A stretch of DNA of 64,000 nucleotides from Pseudomonadota bacterium (GCA_036336685.1 JAYZFO010000006.1:5289-69288), one strand, 5' to 3'; positions 33,454 through 44,630 are shown, numbered from the stretch's first letter. The notes: generated by a model from the sequence alone, not told the origin. A program made the numbers and translations.

Positions 33454-35079
33454 TTAGCTTTCCTCGTCAGTTTGAGGTGTTTCACCTTCAGTTTCCAAAG
33501 TAGCTTCACCGCTTTCGGCAACACTTTCATCTTCTTCAAACCAATGAGCCCGCGCAGACATAATTAAAGCGTTAGCCTCTTCTTCATTTAACGTATAATC
33601 CGCAAGGATCCCGCGGCCATCTCCATCTGGCATACCCGGATCAATCAACTCATCCGTCGCCAAATCACCGAGATTATCAATGGTTTTTATTCCGGCCTTG
33701 CCAAGTGTGACGAGCATTTGTGGCGATAACCCATTAATCGCGGCTAGTTCATCTGTGACGCCGAGATCACGCCGCTCAGCGGTCAAACGGCCTTCTTCTT
33801 CCGTCAAGAAAACATTGGCCCTATCGCGGAGTTCCGCAGCAATGTCTCCGTCGAAACCTTCTATTGTCAAAAGATCTTCAATTGGCACAAACGCAACTTC
33901 ATCAATACTCGAGAAACCCTCAGTGACGAGAAGATGGGCAAGAACATCGTCTACATCCAAACTGTCCATGAACATTTGAGAACGTTTTCTAAATTCATCT
34001 TGTCGCCTTTCCGATTCTTCATCTTCGGTAAGGATCATGATATCCCACTGCGTTAGTTGTGACGCTAGTCGGACGTTTTGGCCACGCCGACCGATGGCAA
34101 GGCTAAGCTGGTCATCCGGGACAACCACTTCAATTTTTTGTTGTTCCTCATCGAGGACTACTTTAGTTACCTCGGCTGGGGCCAGCCCATTTACGATAAA
34201 TGTCGCGGGATCAGTGGACCATTGTATAATATCGATCTTTTCCCCCTGTAATTCACCTACGACGGCTTGGACCCTACTGCCCCTCATGCCAACACAAGCA
34301 CCAACGGGATCAATACTTGCATCGTTAGATAAAACCGCGATCTTTGCCCTACTCCCCGGATCTCGCGCAACGGACTTGATTTCGATAATTCCATCGTATA
34401 TTTCCGGCACCTCCTGTCCAAAAAGCTTAGCCATGAATTGGGGGTGACTACGTGACAAAAATATCTGGGGTCCACGAAGCTCTTCTCTAACATCATAGAT
34501 ATATGCTCTCACGCGATCCCCTGGCCGCAGAGACTCCCGTGGAATTGACTCATCTCGGCGAATAACACCCTCCGCGCGGCCTAAGTCCACGGTTATATTT
34601 CCAAATTCGGCCCGTTTGACAATTCCATTAACAATCTCTGCCACCCGGTCCTTATATTCTTCATATTGGCGCTTACGTTCTGCTTCGCGAACTTTTTGAA
34701 CGATAACCTGCTTTGCCGTTTGGGCTGCAATCCGACCAAAGTCGATAGGTGGCAACTGATCAATTATAAAGTCGCCAGCTACCGAGCCTTCTTTTAGGAC
34801 CTGTGCTTCTTTAATCGTTATCTGCGTAGCCTCATTCTCAATTTCGTTAGTAACCTCAAGATAACGTGCGAGCTTTATATCACCGCTCTTCCGATCTATT
34901 TCCGCTCGGACGTCGTGCTCCATGCCGTATTTTGAGCGGGCGGCCTTTTGTATCGCCATTTCCATGGCTTCTATTACTTCTTCCGCCTCAATCGACTTCT
35001 CGCGGGCAACCGCATCTGCAATTTGCAAAAGTTCTAACCGGTCGTAGCCCGCGACGGGTATATTATCCATATCAACCAT
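33454..35079 (-). CDS. nusA: Transcription termination/antitermination factor NusA
   Basis: S1, KH1 and KH2 domains and C-terminal acidic repeats; 541 aa. Confidence 0.95.
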   Translation of the reverse strand: MVDMDNIPVAGYDRLELLQIADAVAREKSIEAEEVIEAMEMAIQKAARSKYGMEHDVRAEIDRKSGDIKLARYLEVTNEIENEATQITIKEAQVLKEGSVAGDFIIDQLPPIDFGRIAAQTAKQVIVQKVREAERKRQYEEYKDRVAEIVNGIVKRAEFGNITVDLGRAEGVIRRDESIPRESLRPGDRVRAYIYDVREELRGPQIFLSRSHPQFMAKLFGQEVPEIYDGIIEIKSVARDPGSRAKIAVLSNDASIDPVGACVGMRGSRVQAVVGELQGEKIDIIQWSTDPATFIVNGLAPAEVTKVVLDEEQQKIEVVVPDDQLSLAIGRRGQNVRLASQLTQWDIMILTEDEESERRQDEFRKRSQMFMDSLDVDDVLAHLLVTEGFSSIDEVAFVPIEDLLTIEGFDGDIAAELRDRANVFLTEEEGRLTAERRDLGVTDELAAINGLSPQMLVTLGKAGIKTIDNLGDLATDELIDPGMPDGDGRGILADYTLNEEEANALIMSARAHWFEEDESVAESGEATLETEGETPQTDEES

Positions 35080-35113
35080 TTTAGCTCTCTCAATAACTTT
35101 CTGCGTATTTTTA

Positions 35114-35632
35114 CTACGTATTTGCGCCAGACCTCAGCAACCTATCGGTTAGCACCAGATTGGCCAACTGTATATACTCAAACGGGATAACGAAGCTTTG
35201 TCCATTACTGCTCATCACAACACAATCGCCTTCAATACCAACCAGAATCCCCTCGACACTCTTTTGACCAGAAAATTTTTTTCGACACTCAAGACGGACC
35301 TGGTAGCCAACAAACCTCTCGTAATCAGCTAATTGAACAAGTGGTCGATCAATGCCAGGCGAGCTCACCTCAAGAGTATATGCACTGTCGATGGGGTTTT
35401 TCTCATCTAACAATGGGGACAACTCGCGGCTAATTAACGAACAGTCTTTTACGGTCATCTCCGCACGGTCAGCCCGCTCGGCCATTATTTGAAGACATAT
35501 ATCCTTGTCACCCTCAAGGCTTACTCTGACGAGATCATAGCCCATTTTATCTAGGGGCAACCGAACTAGTTTCTCAATATGGGAAACCCGATTCATCTGT
35601 GTCTTTCTAACTTTATTACTGATACAAATCAT
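35114..35632 (-). CDS. rimP: Ribosome maturation factor RimP
   Basis: Position upstream of nusA; LEVSSPGIDRPL motif. Confidence 0.85.
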   Translation of the reverse strand: MICISNKVRKTQMNRVSHIEKLVRLPLDKMGYDLVRVSLEGDKDICLQIMAERADRAEMTVKDCSLISRELSPLLDEKNPIDSAYTLEVSSPGIDRPLVQLADYERFVGYQVRLECRKKFSGQKSVEGILVGIEGDCVVMSSNGQSFVIPFEYIQLANLVLTDRLLRSGANT

Positions 35633-35663
35633 TTGGTAATTTGTTATTCTAGTTCTAGTACTA

Positions 35664-35692
35664 AACCGCGAAAAAAAAAGCGGGCGAGGCCC
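35664..35692 (-). terminator. Rho-independent terminator downstream of trmB (gggcctcgccc hairpin followed by gcuuuuuuuuu on the minus strand)
   Basis: Read from the sequence: + strand ccgcgaaaaaaaaagcgggcgaggccc. Confidence 0.5.
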
Positions 35693-35776
35693 ACTTGTTT
35701 AAGCTTTTTTGCCCCTTAGAGGGCATGTGGTGTGTTAGGGTCCAATTTAGTCACACGCGTCCAAGATGGCAAGACC

Positions 35777-36511
35777 CTATCGTGGTATGAAAATAGCCCT
35801 ATCTAAACGCTTATATGATAGAAAAACGCAATTGCGTCCAGCACCGATCGCTTTGTTCTGATATCGCGTAGGCGGCCAATCTGCTGGATTATGCCGACAA
35901 TCTGCAGGTTTTTCTATGTCCCATGAAAATTCGCAGTGATTATTAAAGTGCCATAATATCCACTCAAGATATCCTGGTTCATCGGTTGCAATTCGCAGCT
36001 CAGCACCATCCCTCAGTACCCGCGCTAACTGATCAACAACCCCAACCGAAATAATTCGACGTTTATGGTGGCGCGCCTTAGGCCATGGATCAGGAAACAG
36101 AATAAAAACTTTATCGATTGAGCTTTCAGGCAATCTCTCTATTAATAACCTAGCATCCTCGGAAAATAGCTTGATATTTGTGATTGCTTTTTCTCTAACC
36201 TGTCGAAGCAACTTAGCTATGCCATTTAAATATGGTTCACACCCTATTAAACCAATCTTAGGATTGGCTGCTGCTTGCCAAATTAAGTGTTCTCCAGCAC
36301 CGAAACCAATTTCTAGCCAAATTTTCTCTATGGGTTCGTCAAAGTAATCCGCTGGCACGACCTGCTTTCCAGCACGCAGAATGATTTGTAGTTCAGGTAG
36401 AAGCGAAGCAATAAGTTGTTGCTGCCCGCGCCGCAAACCACGGCCATGACGACGACCGTACAAAACTTTTGGGTTTGGAAACTGAGTAGGGACTATAGGC
36501 GAGTTGCCCAC
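35777..36511 (-). CDS. trmB: tRNA (guanine-N7)-methyltransferase
   Basis: SAM MTase motif IGFGAGEHL; begins immediately after the metK stop. Confidence 0.85.
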   Translation of the reverse strand: MGNSPIVPTQFPNPKVLYGRRHGRGLRRGQQQLIASLLPELQIILRAGKQVVPADYFDEPIEKIWLEIGFGAGEHLIWQAAANPKIGLIGCEPYLNGIAKLLRQVREKAITNIKLFSEDARLLIERLPESSIDKVFILFPDPWPKARHHKRRIISVGVVDQLARVLRDGAELRIATDEPGYLEWILWHFNNHCEFSWDIEKPADCRHNPADWPPTRYQNKAIGAGRNCVFLSYKRLDRAIFIPR

Positions 36512-37681
36512 TCAGAGTACAGCGTCCCTCAACGCCTTTGTTATATCGGTTTTTTCCCAACTAAAACCACCATCTACGTCTGGTTCGCGTCCAAAATGTC
36601 CATAAGCGGCGGTCCGCGCATATATTGGTCGACTCAGTTTAAGTCTTTCACGAATGCCTCTTGGTGATAGATCTGTTACTTCTTCGATTCCTAGAGCTAT
36701 CTTCTCTTCATCGATAATCGATGTACCCAAAGTATCAACGTATATAGACAAAGGTTTTGCAACGCCGATAGCATAAGACAACTGTATTGTGCATTTTTCA
36801 GCCAACTCCGCTGCGACTATATTTTTAGCAACCCACCGGGCTGCATAGGCAGCAGACCTATCAACCTTCGAAGGATCTTTCCCAGAAAATGCACCTCCGC
36901 CATGTGGCGCAGCGCCTCCATACGTATCAACAATAATTTTCCGTCCCGTTAAACCACAATCGCCGTCGGGACCGCCTATAACAAAACGCCCGGTTGGATT
37001 GACGTAGAACTCGGCTTCATCACACATCCACCCATTTGGGAGAACATTCTCTACGTGTGGCCGCACAATTTCGCGGACCTCGTCCTGATCTAGTTCTGGT
37101 GAATGCTGAGTAGAAACCACTACAGAAGCAGCACCGATAGGTTTGCCATCTTGATATTTTAATGTCAGTTGGCTTTTGGAATCTGGCCCCAGTCCAAAGT
37201 CTGCGTCAGCATGCCGCGCAGCAGCAAGGGATCGGAGAATTGCGTGCGAATAGTGGATCGGGGCAGGCATTAAGCTTGGCGTTTCCCTGCACGCGTATCC
37301 AAACATTATTCCTTGGTCGCCCGCGCCTTCGTCCTTGTTTCCGCTTGCATCAACACCCTGAGCAATATCTGTTGATTGTTGATGTAGATGAATTTCGACC
37401 CCAGCATTTTTCCAATGAAAGCCATCCTGTTCATAGCCAATATCTTTAACAGCCTCCCGAACAACCTGCTCGATATCATTTTTTGTAACGCTATCAGGCC
37501 CACGCACCTCACCTGCGATTACGATCCGGTTAGTGGTTGTCAGTGTTTCACAAGCGACACGGGATATTGGATCGTTTTTAAGGTATAAGTCTACGACAGA
37601 ATCCGAAAGTCTGTCTGAAACCTTGTCGGGATGTCCCTCCGATACGGACTCACTTGTAAAAAGGTAACTACCTTGCCGCAC
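36512..37681 (-). CDS. metK: S-adenosylmethionine synthetase
   Basis: [22 protein letters not shown] motifs; GTG start with SD aggaga. Confidence 0.95.
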   Translation of the reverse strand: MRQGSYLFTSESVSEGHPDKVSDRLSDSVVDLYLKNDPISRVACETLTTTNRIVIAGEVRGPDSVTKNDIEQVVREAVKDIGYEQDGFHWKNAGVEIHLHQQSTDIAQGVDASGNKDEGAGDQGIMFGYACRETPSLMPAPIHYSHAILRSLAAARHADADFGLGPDSKSQLTLKYQDGKPIGAASVVVSTQHSPELDQDEVREIVRPHVENVLPNGWMCDEAEFYVNPTGRFVIGGPDGDCGLTGRKIIVDTYGGAAPHGGGAFSGKDPSKVDRSAAYAARWVAKNIVAAELAEKCTIQLSYAIGVAKPLSIYVDTLGTSIIDEEKIALGIEEVTDLSPRGIRERLKLSRPIYARTAAYGHFGREPDVDGGFSWEKTDITKALRDAVL

Positions 37682-37896
37682 GCTGAATCTCCTAATTAGT
37701 TTTACACATTATTGCTACGAAACATCTAAAGTCAGCCCGACATTCAGCTGCAGAAAAGCACCCCACGGCACCTACAATTAATTACCACAAGGACACCGTT
37801 CACAAGTTGGCGTGAATGCACTTTCGGCAGGTGTTCTTGTTGCAATTTCGTATAAGCGCGTCAAGAGTACGATCAAAAGAGACCCACGAAGGAAAA

Positions 37897-38328
37897 CTAA
37901 TGTTCCCTGCCTGAAAAATAATTACCGAGCTGTTTTGTCAGCGCAAAAATAGCGTTCCGAGCATCAAGATCACTAATGCTATAATATGAGTCAAACAACT
38001 CCTGCATGGGGTTTATTTCTGTTGGGGTTTCATCAATCTGAGCGAGCGCCTCTCGCAACTCAGCTCCGGCTTTTCCGCCGGTTTCTATTCGTTTGTATGC
38101 CTCCTCAAAAAAGTAATTAATTGGGACTTTTAAAACCTCTGAAATTTGATACAACCTCCCAGCCGTGATTCTATTAGCGCCGCATTCGTATTTTTGGATC
38201 TGCTGGAAGCTAATGCCTAACTCATCTCCAAGACCTTTTTGGCTTAAGCCAATAACTTTACGCCGGCTTTTAACCCGATGAGCGACGAGTAAGTCAATTG
38301 ATTGGTGTCTGCCGGTCTTATTATCCAT
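37897..38328 (-). CDS. XRE-family helix-turn-helix transcriptional regulator
   Basis: HTH LSQKGLGDELGISFQQIQKYECGANRI; 143 aa. Confidence 0.7.
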   Translation of the reverse strand: MDNKTGRHQSIDLLVAHRVKSRRKVIGLSQKGLGDELGISFQQIQKYECGANRITAGRLYQISEVLKVPINYFFEEAYKRIETGGKAGAELREALAQIDETPTEINPMQELFDSYYSISDLDARNAIFALTKQLGNYFSGREH

Positions 38329-38361
38329 GTTACTTCCTCTTAAAGTGTGGGCATTGGCTGC

Positions 38362-39930
38362 TCAGTATTTTTCTTTCCGATGTATATTCCTCAGCAGAAA
38401 TGCCGCAAGAAGCATGAGGATAACGATAAGAATTGGTATTTTATTACCAAATTGGGCGAAAAGCGTTAATTTTTGGACCGGTTCAGGCAGTGGGGAATCA
38501 ATCACGCCCCTCTCACCAATTTTTAGTCTCGAAATAACACGCCCATATGGGTCGACAATTGCCGAAATTCCTGTATTGGCCGCCCGCACCAATGGAAGAC
38601 CCTCTTCTACGGCCCGAAGAACCGCTGAGGCCAGATGTTGGTGAGGCCCGGCGGTTTGTCCAAACCATGCATCGTTCGTTAAATTCAATAACCATTCTGG
38701 CCTATCCTTTAACAATGCCACCCTCCCAGGAAATATTGCCTCGTAACAAATTAATGGACTAAAAGGCGGCAACTTACCAACCCGCAATGTTATCAATCCG
38801 GGGCCAGCAGCAAAATCTATTGCACCAACCGTCAGTTTTTTTAAGGGTAAAACATTTCTAAAAGGAATGTACTCGCCAAACGGCACTAAATGATGTTTAT
38901 CATAAACTGCACTAAATGCACCGCGAGAATCAATAACTATTAAGCTGTTACGCGCGGTTGATATTTCAGAACTCTCCCTCAAGAGCCTTGGTGTACCGGT
39001 CATCAAATGACCACCATGAGGAATAGCCGTTCGCATTAACTTTCGGCGCATTGAATCGGTTAATATTGAAAAGGGTATCGCTGCCTCAGGCCAAATTATA
39101 TGCGTTGCCACACCGTCGCCCTTAACGCCACTCATTATCAAATGGTCTGCGTAGTTTTGCCCAATGTGTTGAGGGTCCCACTTATCTTTCTGGGAAATGT
39201 TTGGTTGTACAATACGCAACATAACGCCAGACACGGCTTTAGGTGACACGCCATCAATCCGCCAATTTCCCGCAACAGCAAGCGCACATATTAGTCCTAC
39301 GCCAGAAAAGCAGTACATGAATTTACGCTTTGAACTCGTGCCAAACCCAAAAAAACAGGTTGCCACAAAAACCGTTAGTGCAGAAAGACCGTAGACGCCT
39401 GTCCAAGCTGCGGTTTGAAGTACTGTGGGTACGATAACCCAAACATTCCCTATCGGGTTCCAGGGAAACCCAGTAAAAACTACCCCCCTTACCATTTCAA
39501 ATAATGCCCAGGATCCTCCAAGCGATAGAGCGCAGCCAAAACCTGGGGACCAAAGAAGTCTCGCAAACCCTGTTACAAGACCACCAAACAGCCCTAAACC
39601 AAATGATAAAGCAAAAATCGCCAACGGGATTAGCCAAGCATGACGCCCGGCGTCAACCAGAAACGCTTCAGAAACCCAGTAGAGTCCGGCCCCAAAATAA
39701 CCAGCGCCAAACATCCAACCAACAAAAAACGCAGACCAAAAAGTCGCCGCACCATTTAATAACCAGGCCAAAACAGTGAATGAAATTATCAACGCAGGCA
39801 GATAGAAAAGCGGAGGTTGTGCTGTTGCTGCAAGCATTCCAAATGCGAGTGAAACCGACAAACGTTTCCACCCATCAAGAAAAGCCAACCCGTTCGCAAA
39901 CTTAATTATCGCCGCACTTAACAATACCAT
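38362..39930 (-). CDS. lnt: Apolipoprotein N-acyltransferase
   Basis: N-terminal polytopic membrane domain plus C-terminal CN-hydrolase domain; 522 aa. Confidence 0.9.
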   Translation of the reverse strand: MVLLSAAIIKFANGLAFLDGWKRLSVSLAFGMLAATAQPPLFYLPALIISFTVLAWLLNGAATFWSAFFVGWMFGAGYFGAGLYWVSEAFLVDAGRHAWLIPLAIFALSFGLGLFGGLVTGFARLLWSPGFGCALSLGGSWALFEMVRGVVFTGFPWNPIGNVWVIVPTVLQTAAWTGVYGLSALTVFVATCFFGFGTSSKRKFMYCFSGVGLICALAVAGNWRIDGVSPKAVSGVMLRIVQPNISQKDKWDPQHIGQNYADHLIMSGVKGDGVATHIIWPEAAIPFSILTDSMRRKLMRTAIPHGGHLMTGTPRLLRESSEISTARNSLIVIDSRGAFSAVYDKHHLVPFGEYIPFRNVLPLKKLTVGAIDFAAGPGLITLRVGKLPPFSPLICYEAIFPGRVALLKDRPEWLLNLTNDAWFGQTAGPHQHLASAVLRAVEEGLPLVRAANTGISAIVDPYGRVISRLKIGERGVIDSPLPEPVQKLTLFAQFGNKIPILIVILMLLAAFLLRNIHRKEKY

Positions 39931-40826
39931 CAGGTCTGGATGCGTGGCAGACTTGTAGCTCTCAAGCGGCGTATGCGCCGGGGATCAGCATCAATCACCT
40001 CAAACTCTATACCAGAACTATGCCGTATCACCTCACCGCGTCCAGGCACCCGACCGGCCAAATAAAACACCAACCCCCCCACCGTATCTATATCTTCCGC
40101 ACGATCACTCGCTGACAAAAAACATCCAGCCTCTAGTTCAAAATCCTCGATACGTAATCTCGCATCAACATCAATAATATCGGAACCCTGTTTGACTATC
40201 CTGGGTCCGATCTCTTGATCATGCTCATCTTCTATCTCACCAATAATTTCTTCCACCAAATCTTCAATTGTTACCAACCCATCAATTCCTCCAAATTCAT
40301 CTACGACAAGGGCCATGTGAAGCCTCTGGACACGCATCTGAAGGAGTAATTCAAGGGCCGGCATTGAAGGTGCTACAAATAATGGTTTTCGAACAATTTT
40401 GGTAATGCTGGTTCCTTGTTCATCATCCCAAAAAGCCAATAAATCCTTAATATGGATCATCCCTACAACATCGTCTAAATGCCCTCGAAACACAGGAAGC
40501 CTAGAATGCCCCGTGTCACTCATGATTTTTGCGACATCTTCTATGGTAGTTTCAGCATCGACCGCTTTGATATCCGCACGCGGAACCATAACGTCATGAA
40601 CTTTAACATCCCGAACCCGAAGCACGTTGCGAAATAAGGTAAGTTCTTCAGCGTTATCTTTGCCGTCTCCATCTTCTTCTAACTCAATTAACTCCTCAAT
40701 AGTGTCACGTAAGTGCTCGGTTCCGTTACGGCCCCCCGAAAATGATCGGATTATTGAAGAAAATCTATGCGCATTATCTCCTGGCAATAACCGTTTCCAA
40801 GGAATTCTGACACTCGGGGTCTTCAT
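39930..40826 (-). CDS. corC: HlyC/CorC-family protein (CBS pair + CorC_HlyC domain)
   Basis: Two CBS domains and a C-terminal transporter-associated domain; 1-nt overlap with lnt. Confidence 0.8.
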   Translation of the reverse strand: MKTPSVRIPWKRLLPGDNAHRFSSIIRSFSGGRNGTEHLRDTIEELIELEEDGDGKDNAEELTLFRNVLRVRDVKVHDVMVPRADIKAVDAETTIEDVAKIMSDTGHSRLPVFRGHLDDVVGMIHIKDLLAFWDDEQGTSITKIVRKPLFVAPSMPALELLLQMRVQRLHMALVVDEFGGIDGLVTIEDLVEEIIGEIEDEHDQEIGPRIVKQGSDIIDVDARLRIEDFELEAGCFLSASDRAEDIDTVGGLVFYLAGRVPGRGEVIRHSSGIEFEVIDADPRRIRRLRATSLPRIQT

Positions 40827-40840
40827 TTATCGGGACCTGC

Positions 40841-41326
40841 CTATCTATCAGCAATATTATATGGGTCAGACACACCTAGCGTAGTCAGAATACACACTTC
40901 TAGACTCTCCATAATTTGGGCTTCCCGCAGGTTTTCGTGATCGTGTCCAAGCAGATGTAACACTCCATGCACAAGCAAATGCTTAAAATGATCTAAGTCG
41001 CTTATTTCGGCCAAAATGGCCTCCGCTTGAATTGTTTGTAATTCTAACACCACGTCACCAATTATTTTTGGACAAGTACTATGTTCGCTGTCCGAGGGAA
41101 AGGAAAGAACGTTAGTGGGTCCAGTCACCCCCCGCCAGGTTTTATTCAACCTGGAAACCGAAATATCATCGGTTAATAAAATACTGACCTCAACATGGGG
41201 GCCTTTTTCTGTATAATCTAAGGTGGCCCTAACCACGTCGTTAATTGTTTCGCAGATTGAACTTGAAAAATTGCGCCAACCTTCGCAATCGATACGGATT
41301 GCAACCTGTGGTTGGGCGTCAAGCAT
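40841..41326 (-). CDS. ybeY: rRNA maturation endoribonuclease YbeY
   Basis: HGVLHLLGHDHE zinc-binding motif. Confidence 0.9.
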   Translation of the reverse strand: MLDAQPQVAIRIDCEGWRNFSSSICETINDVVRATLDYTEKGPHVEVSILLTDDISVSRLNKTWRGVTGPTNVLSFPSDSEHSTCPKIIGDVVLELQTIQAEAILAEISDLDHFKHLLVHGVLHLLGHDHENLREAQIMESLEVCILTTLGVSDPYNIADR

Positions 41327-42317
41327 TGTCTGCCGCATTATCCGCTGCGTCATAAGCATTGACAATACGCGATACTAGTTCATGGCGGACCACGTCTTCG
41401 GCGGTCATGCGAATAGTTTTTACCCCGTCCAAACCTTCGAGCGTACGGACAGCATTTTTTAGACCCGAAGTCACACCTCTAGGCAGATCAATTTGGCTAA
41501 GATCACCCGTCGCCACTATTCGTGAATTTTCGCCAAGACGAGTCAAAAACATTTTCATCTGAACCGATGTCGCGTTTTGTGCCTCATCTAAGATAACGTA
41601 TGAGTTTGATAGTGTACGGCCTCTCATAAATGCCAAGGGAGCGATCTCTATTTCACCGGTCTCTAATCGCCGATCCACAAGACTGGAAGGCATCATATCG
41701 TAGAGAGCGTCATATAGTGGGCGCAGATAGGGGTCAATCTTATCTCGCATTGCGCCAGGCAAAAACCCGAGCCTCTCCCCAGCCTCTACAGCAGGTCGAG
41801 ACAAGACTATTCTATCAATTTTACCTGATGTAAGCATAGAAACTGCCATTCCCACTGCCAGGTACGTTTTTCCAGTGCCAGCCGGGCCAAGGCCAAAGGT
41901 AAGCTCGCTTTTTGACAACGCTTCCATATAGCGCTTTTGCCCTTTTGACCGCGGTAAGATTTGCCGTTTAGGCGTTCGAACCATTGATGTTCCTTTTTGT
42001 TTTCCCCCCTCTGATTGGGTTTCCGTCGCCGGCTCTCGGGCAAAACGGATTGCAGAATCCACATCAGCCAGAGTAATTTCATCCCCTTTGCTCAATTTTT
42101 CATATAGGCTCTTCAATACTCGGCGGGTAGCGTCGGTCGACGCTTGGTCTCCCGATATTAAAACGCTGTTACCCCTCGAGGCTATGGTTACACAAAGCGA
42201 CTGTTCTATCCGCGCAAGATGCCTGTCAAAACCCCCAAACAATAGCGGAAGTAATTGATTGTTTTCAAATTCTAGAAGGAGCGACTCTGTCGCGCGCGTT
42301 TTACTGTTCTGAACCAA
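41319..42317 (-). CDS. ybeZ: PhoH-like ATPase (YbeZ)
   Basis: Walker A GPAGTGKTYLAV; PhoH family; synteny miaB-phoH-ybeY-corC-lnt. Confidence 0.9.
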   Translation of the reverse strand: MVQNSKTRATESLLLEFENNQLLPLLFGGFDRHLARIEQSLCVTIASRGNSVLISGDQASTDATRRVLKSLYEKLSKGDEITLADVDSAIRFAREPATETQSEGGKQKGTSMVRTPKRQILPRSKGQKRYMEALSKSELTFGLGPAGTGKTYLAVGMAVSMLTSGKIDRIVLSRPAVEAGERLGFLPGAMRDKIDPYLRPLYDALYDMMPSSLVDRRLETGEIEIAPLAFMRGRTLSNSYVILDEAQNATSVQMKMFLTRLGENSRIVATGDLSQIDLPRGVTSGLKNAVRTLEGLDGVKTIRMTAEDVVRHELVSRIVNAYDAADNAADNA

Positions 42318-43710
42318 CCGTCAATACCTCCGCCTCAGAAATATTGGATAAAAATACTCCAGAAAGCGAATTTGGTCGCACCGCATCTACCCGAATGAGA
42401 CCGATTGACCCAAACGCAGAAGTGGCGGCGCTAGGGTCCGGAAAGTCTACATGAACTGCCTGCATCCAAGGGCTGCGACCCGCTAACTGCGAGTTTTGGC
42501 GGCCTTGCCGATCAAATAATACAGGCACTAACTGACCGTCAAATTTATTGTTAAAACTTCGTTGTTGTTCCCTTAAGAGAGCCTGAAGTTGCACGAGCCG
42601 TTCGCTTTTGATCTTTTCCGGCACAATATCGTGAAGGGCAGATGACGGGGTCCCAGGGCGGCTGCTATATTTAAAAGAATATGCCTGCGCATAACCCACG
42701 GCTTTTATTAGTGATAGAGTCGCTTCAAAGTCCTCCTCTGTCTCACTCGGATGCCCAACTATAAAATCTGAAGAGATTGCTATATCTGGGCGTTTGGCCC
42801 GCAGTCGATCTATAATGGCTATATAATCTCTGGTGCTATGCTGCCGGTTCATGGCTTGCAATACCCGGTCAGACCCAGACTGGACGGGTAAGTGTATATA
42901 CGGCATTAGTTTTGGCACGTCGCTATGGGCCTTTATAAGTTCTTCTGTCATATCACGCGGATGGGACGTGGTGTATCGAATACGCTTTATAGGTTGGATT
43001 TCCGCCACCTCATGAATCAGTTCGGCCAAACCCCATTGACTTTTATGGGTCGACGCACCGTGATAAGCGTTAACATTCTGACCAAGCAAGGTCAGTTCGC
43101 GCGCACCTAATGAGGCAAGCCGTCGCGCCTCTGCTAGAATATCGGAAACTGGGCGAGAATATTCTGCACCCCTAGTGTAAGGAACAACGCAGAACGAACA
43201 AAATTTATCACACCCCTCCTGTATGGTGATGAAGGCAGAGGGTCCGCATTCTGACACGATAGGAAGGAAATCAAATTTTGGTTCTGATGGGAATTCGGTA
43301 TCAACGTGATTTTGAACCAAGCCCTTCCCATTCTCAGTCATACGCACTGCTCGTGCCACCATTTCGGGCAAGCGATGATATGTCTGAGGACCAAAGATAA
43401 AGTCAACAAACGGAACCCTCCGCAATATTTCCGCTCCTTCTGCCTGTGCAACACACCCGGCCACCCCTATCAACATCGAATCACCTTTTGTGCCACGTGA
43501 CAATTTAAGTGAGCGTAGTCGTCCTAACTCAGAATATATTTTCTCGGATGCTTTCTCTCGGATATGGCAAGTATTTAGGATAATCAGATCCGCCGTCTCG
43601 GGGGTGCTAACATTTTGATATCCAAGTGGTGCCAATAAATCTGACATACGGGCACCATCGTACGCATTCATTTGGCACCCATAATTCTTAATATGAAGTT
43701 TTTTTGCCAA
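42301..43710 (-). CDS. miaB: tRNA-2-methylthio-N6-dimethylallyladenosine synthase
   Basis: (LA)KKLHIKNYGCQMN N-terminus; radical SAM CxxxCxxC (CDKFCSFC); TRAM domain. Probable TTG start at 43710. Confidence 0.9.
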   Translation of the reverse strand: MAKKLHIKNYGCQMNAYDGARMSDLLAPLGYQNVSTPETADLIILNTCHIREKASEKIYSELGRLRSLKLSRGTKGDSMLIGVAGCVAQAEGAEILRRVPFVDFIFGPQTYHRLPEMVARAVRMTENGKGLVQNHVDTEFPSEPKFDFLPIVSECGPSAFITIQEGCDKFCSFCVVPYTRGAEYSRPVSDILAEARRLASLGARELTLLGQNVNAYHGASTHKSQWGLAELIHEVAEIQPIKRIRYTTSHPRDMTEELIKAHSDVPKLMPYIHLPVQSGSDRVLQAMNRQHSTRDYIAIIDRLRAKRPDIAISSDFIVGHPSETEEDFEATLSLIKAVGYAQAYSFKYSSRPGTPSSALHDIVPEKIKSERLVQLQALLREQQRSFNNKFDGQLVPVLFDRQGRQNSQLAGRSPWMQAVHVDFPDPSAATSAFGSIGLIRVDAVRPNSLSGVFLSNISEAEVLTVGSEQ

Positions 43711-43823
43711 AGAGGTTATCCCGGCTCCATCCTCGTAGCATATGCACAACGACTAATGCTCGTGATACTTCGAAAAGTCTGTGCCACGGTGTAATTAAAA
43801 CTATACTGTAGTTCACGGGTGTT

Positions 43824-44627
43824 TCAATAAACACGTATTTGGAAAGAATCAAGACGGCCCGCATTTGCTATTGATACACCTTGTTCAACTACGGCATGGC
43901 AATAATCCGCAAGTTCCTTGCGCGAATTGTATTCTGAAATAGTAACGGGACAATGAAAAATAACATCAACAGTTATTTGTCCAAGCCCTGACACTTCCCA
44001 GAAATGAGGTGCAAGGGTCATATCCCCATACCAGGCCAAATATGGCCTTAAAGCGCGACCAATAGGCATTCCATCAAGTCTTGTATAGGCAACTGACACA
44101 GGCTGAATAAACAAAGGTTTTCCTGAGGGTTCCTCTTGCGCAACACTGAACAACGCACTCTTGAACGGTAGCACAAAATTCCCGTCTGAACTCGTGCCTT
44201 CAGGAAACAAAATTAAGTTGTCCCCAGCCTCCAGTCTTTTTATTATTGCTGCACGTTGATGACTAGTACGTTTTCGTCTTCGGTCAACAAATACAGTTCG
44301 TTGTAGTTTTGCTAAAAGACCAAAGAAGGGCCAGCTAGCAACCTCACTTTTCGCGATAAACGAAGCGGGTAGTAATGATCCTATGATTGCAATGTCCGAA
44401 TAAGAAGTATGGTTGCACACAAATAGAATCGGCGCTTCTTGTTTTATTTTTCCATGGGTCCGAATCTGAAATCCTAGAATTTTTGTGCACAATCGATGGT
44501 AAGTAAGTGGCAATCGAATAGACAGCGATCGACTAAAACGAAGTGCAAACAATTGAACCGGCAAAAGCGCGGCTGTTAAGATAAGATAAACAAATATCCG
44601 GAAGAATGCTCTGAGTGGTGAAGCCAC
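43824..44627 (-). CDS. olsA: PlsC-family acyltransferase, probable lyso-ornithine lipid O-acyltransferase OlsA
   Basis: HX4D motif (NHTSYSD) and FPEGTSS. Lies immediately downstream of the OlsB-like gene, as in the rhizobial olsBA operon. Confidence 0.6.
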   Translation of the reverse strand: MASPLRAFFRIFVYLILTAALLPVQLFALRFSRSLSIRLPLTYHRLCTKILGFQIRTHGKIKQEAPILFVCNHTSYSDIAIIGSLLPASFIAKSEVASWPFFGLLAKLQRTVFVDRRRKRTSHQRAAIIKRLEAGDNLILFPEGTSSDGNFVLPFKSALFSVAQEEPSGKPLFIQPVSVAYTRLDGMPIGRALRPYLAWYGDMTLAPHFWEVSGLGQITVDVIFHCPVTISEYNSRKELADYCHAVVEQGVSIANAGRLDSFQIRVY

Positions 44628-44630
44628 TCT

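Noticed and set aside
37682-37896. SAM-II riboswitch call upstream of metK
   Set aside because: I could not locate the conserved SAM-II pseudoknot elements by inspection. It is kept only as a low-interest finding that needs a covariance-model scan.
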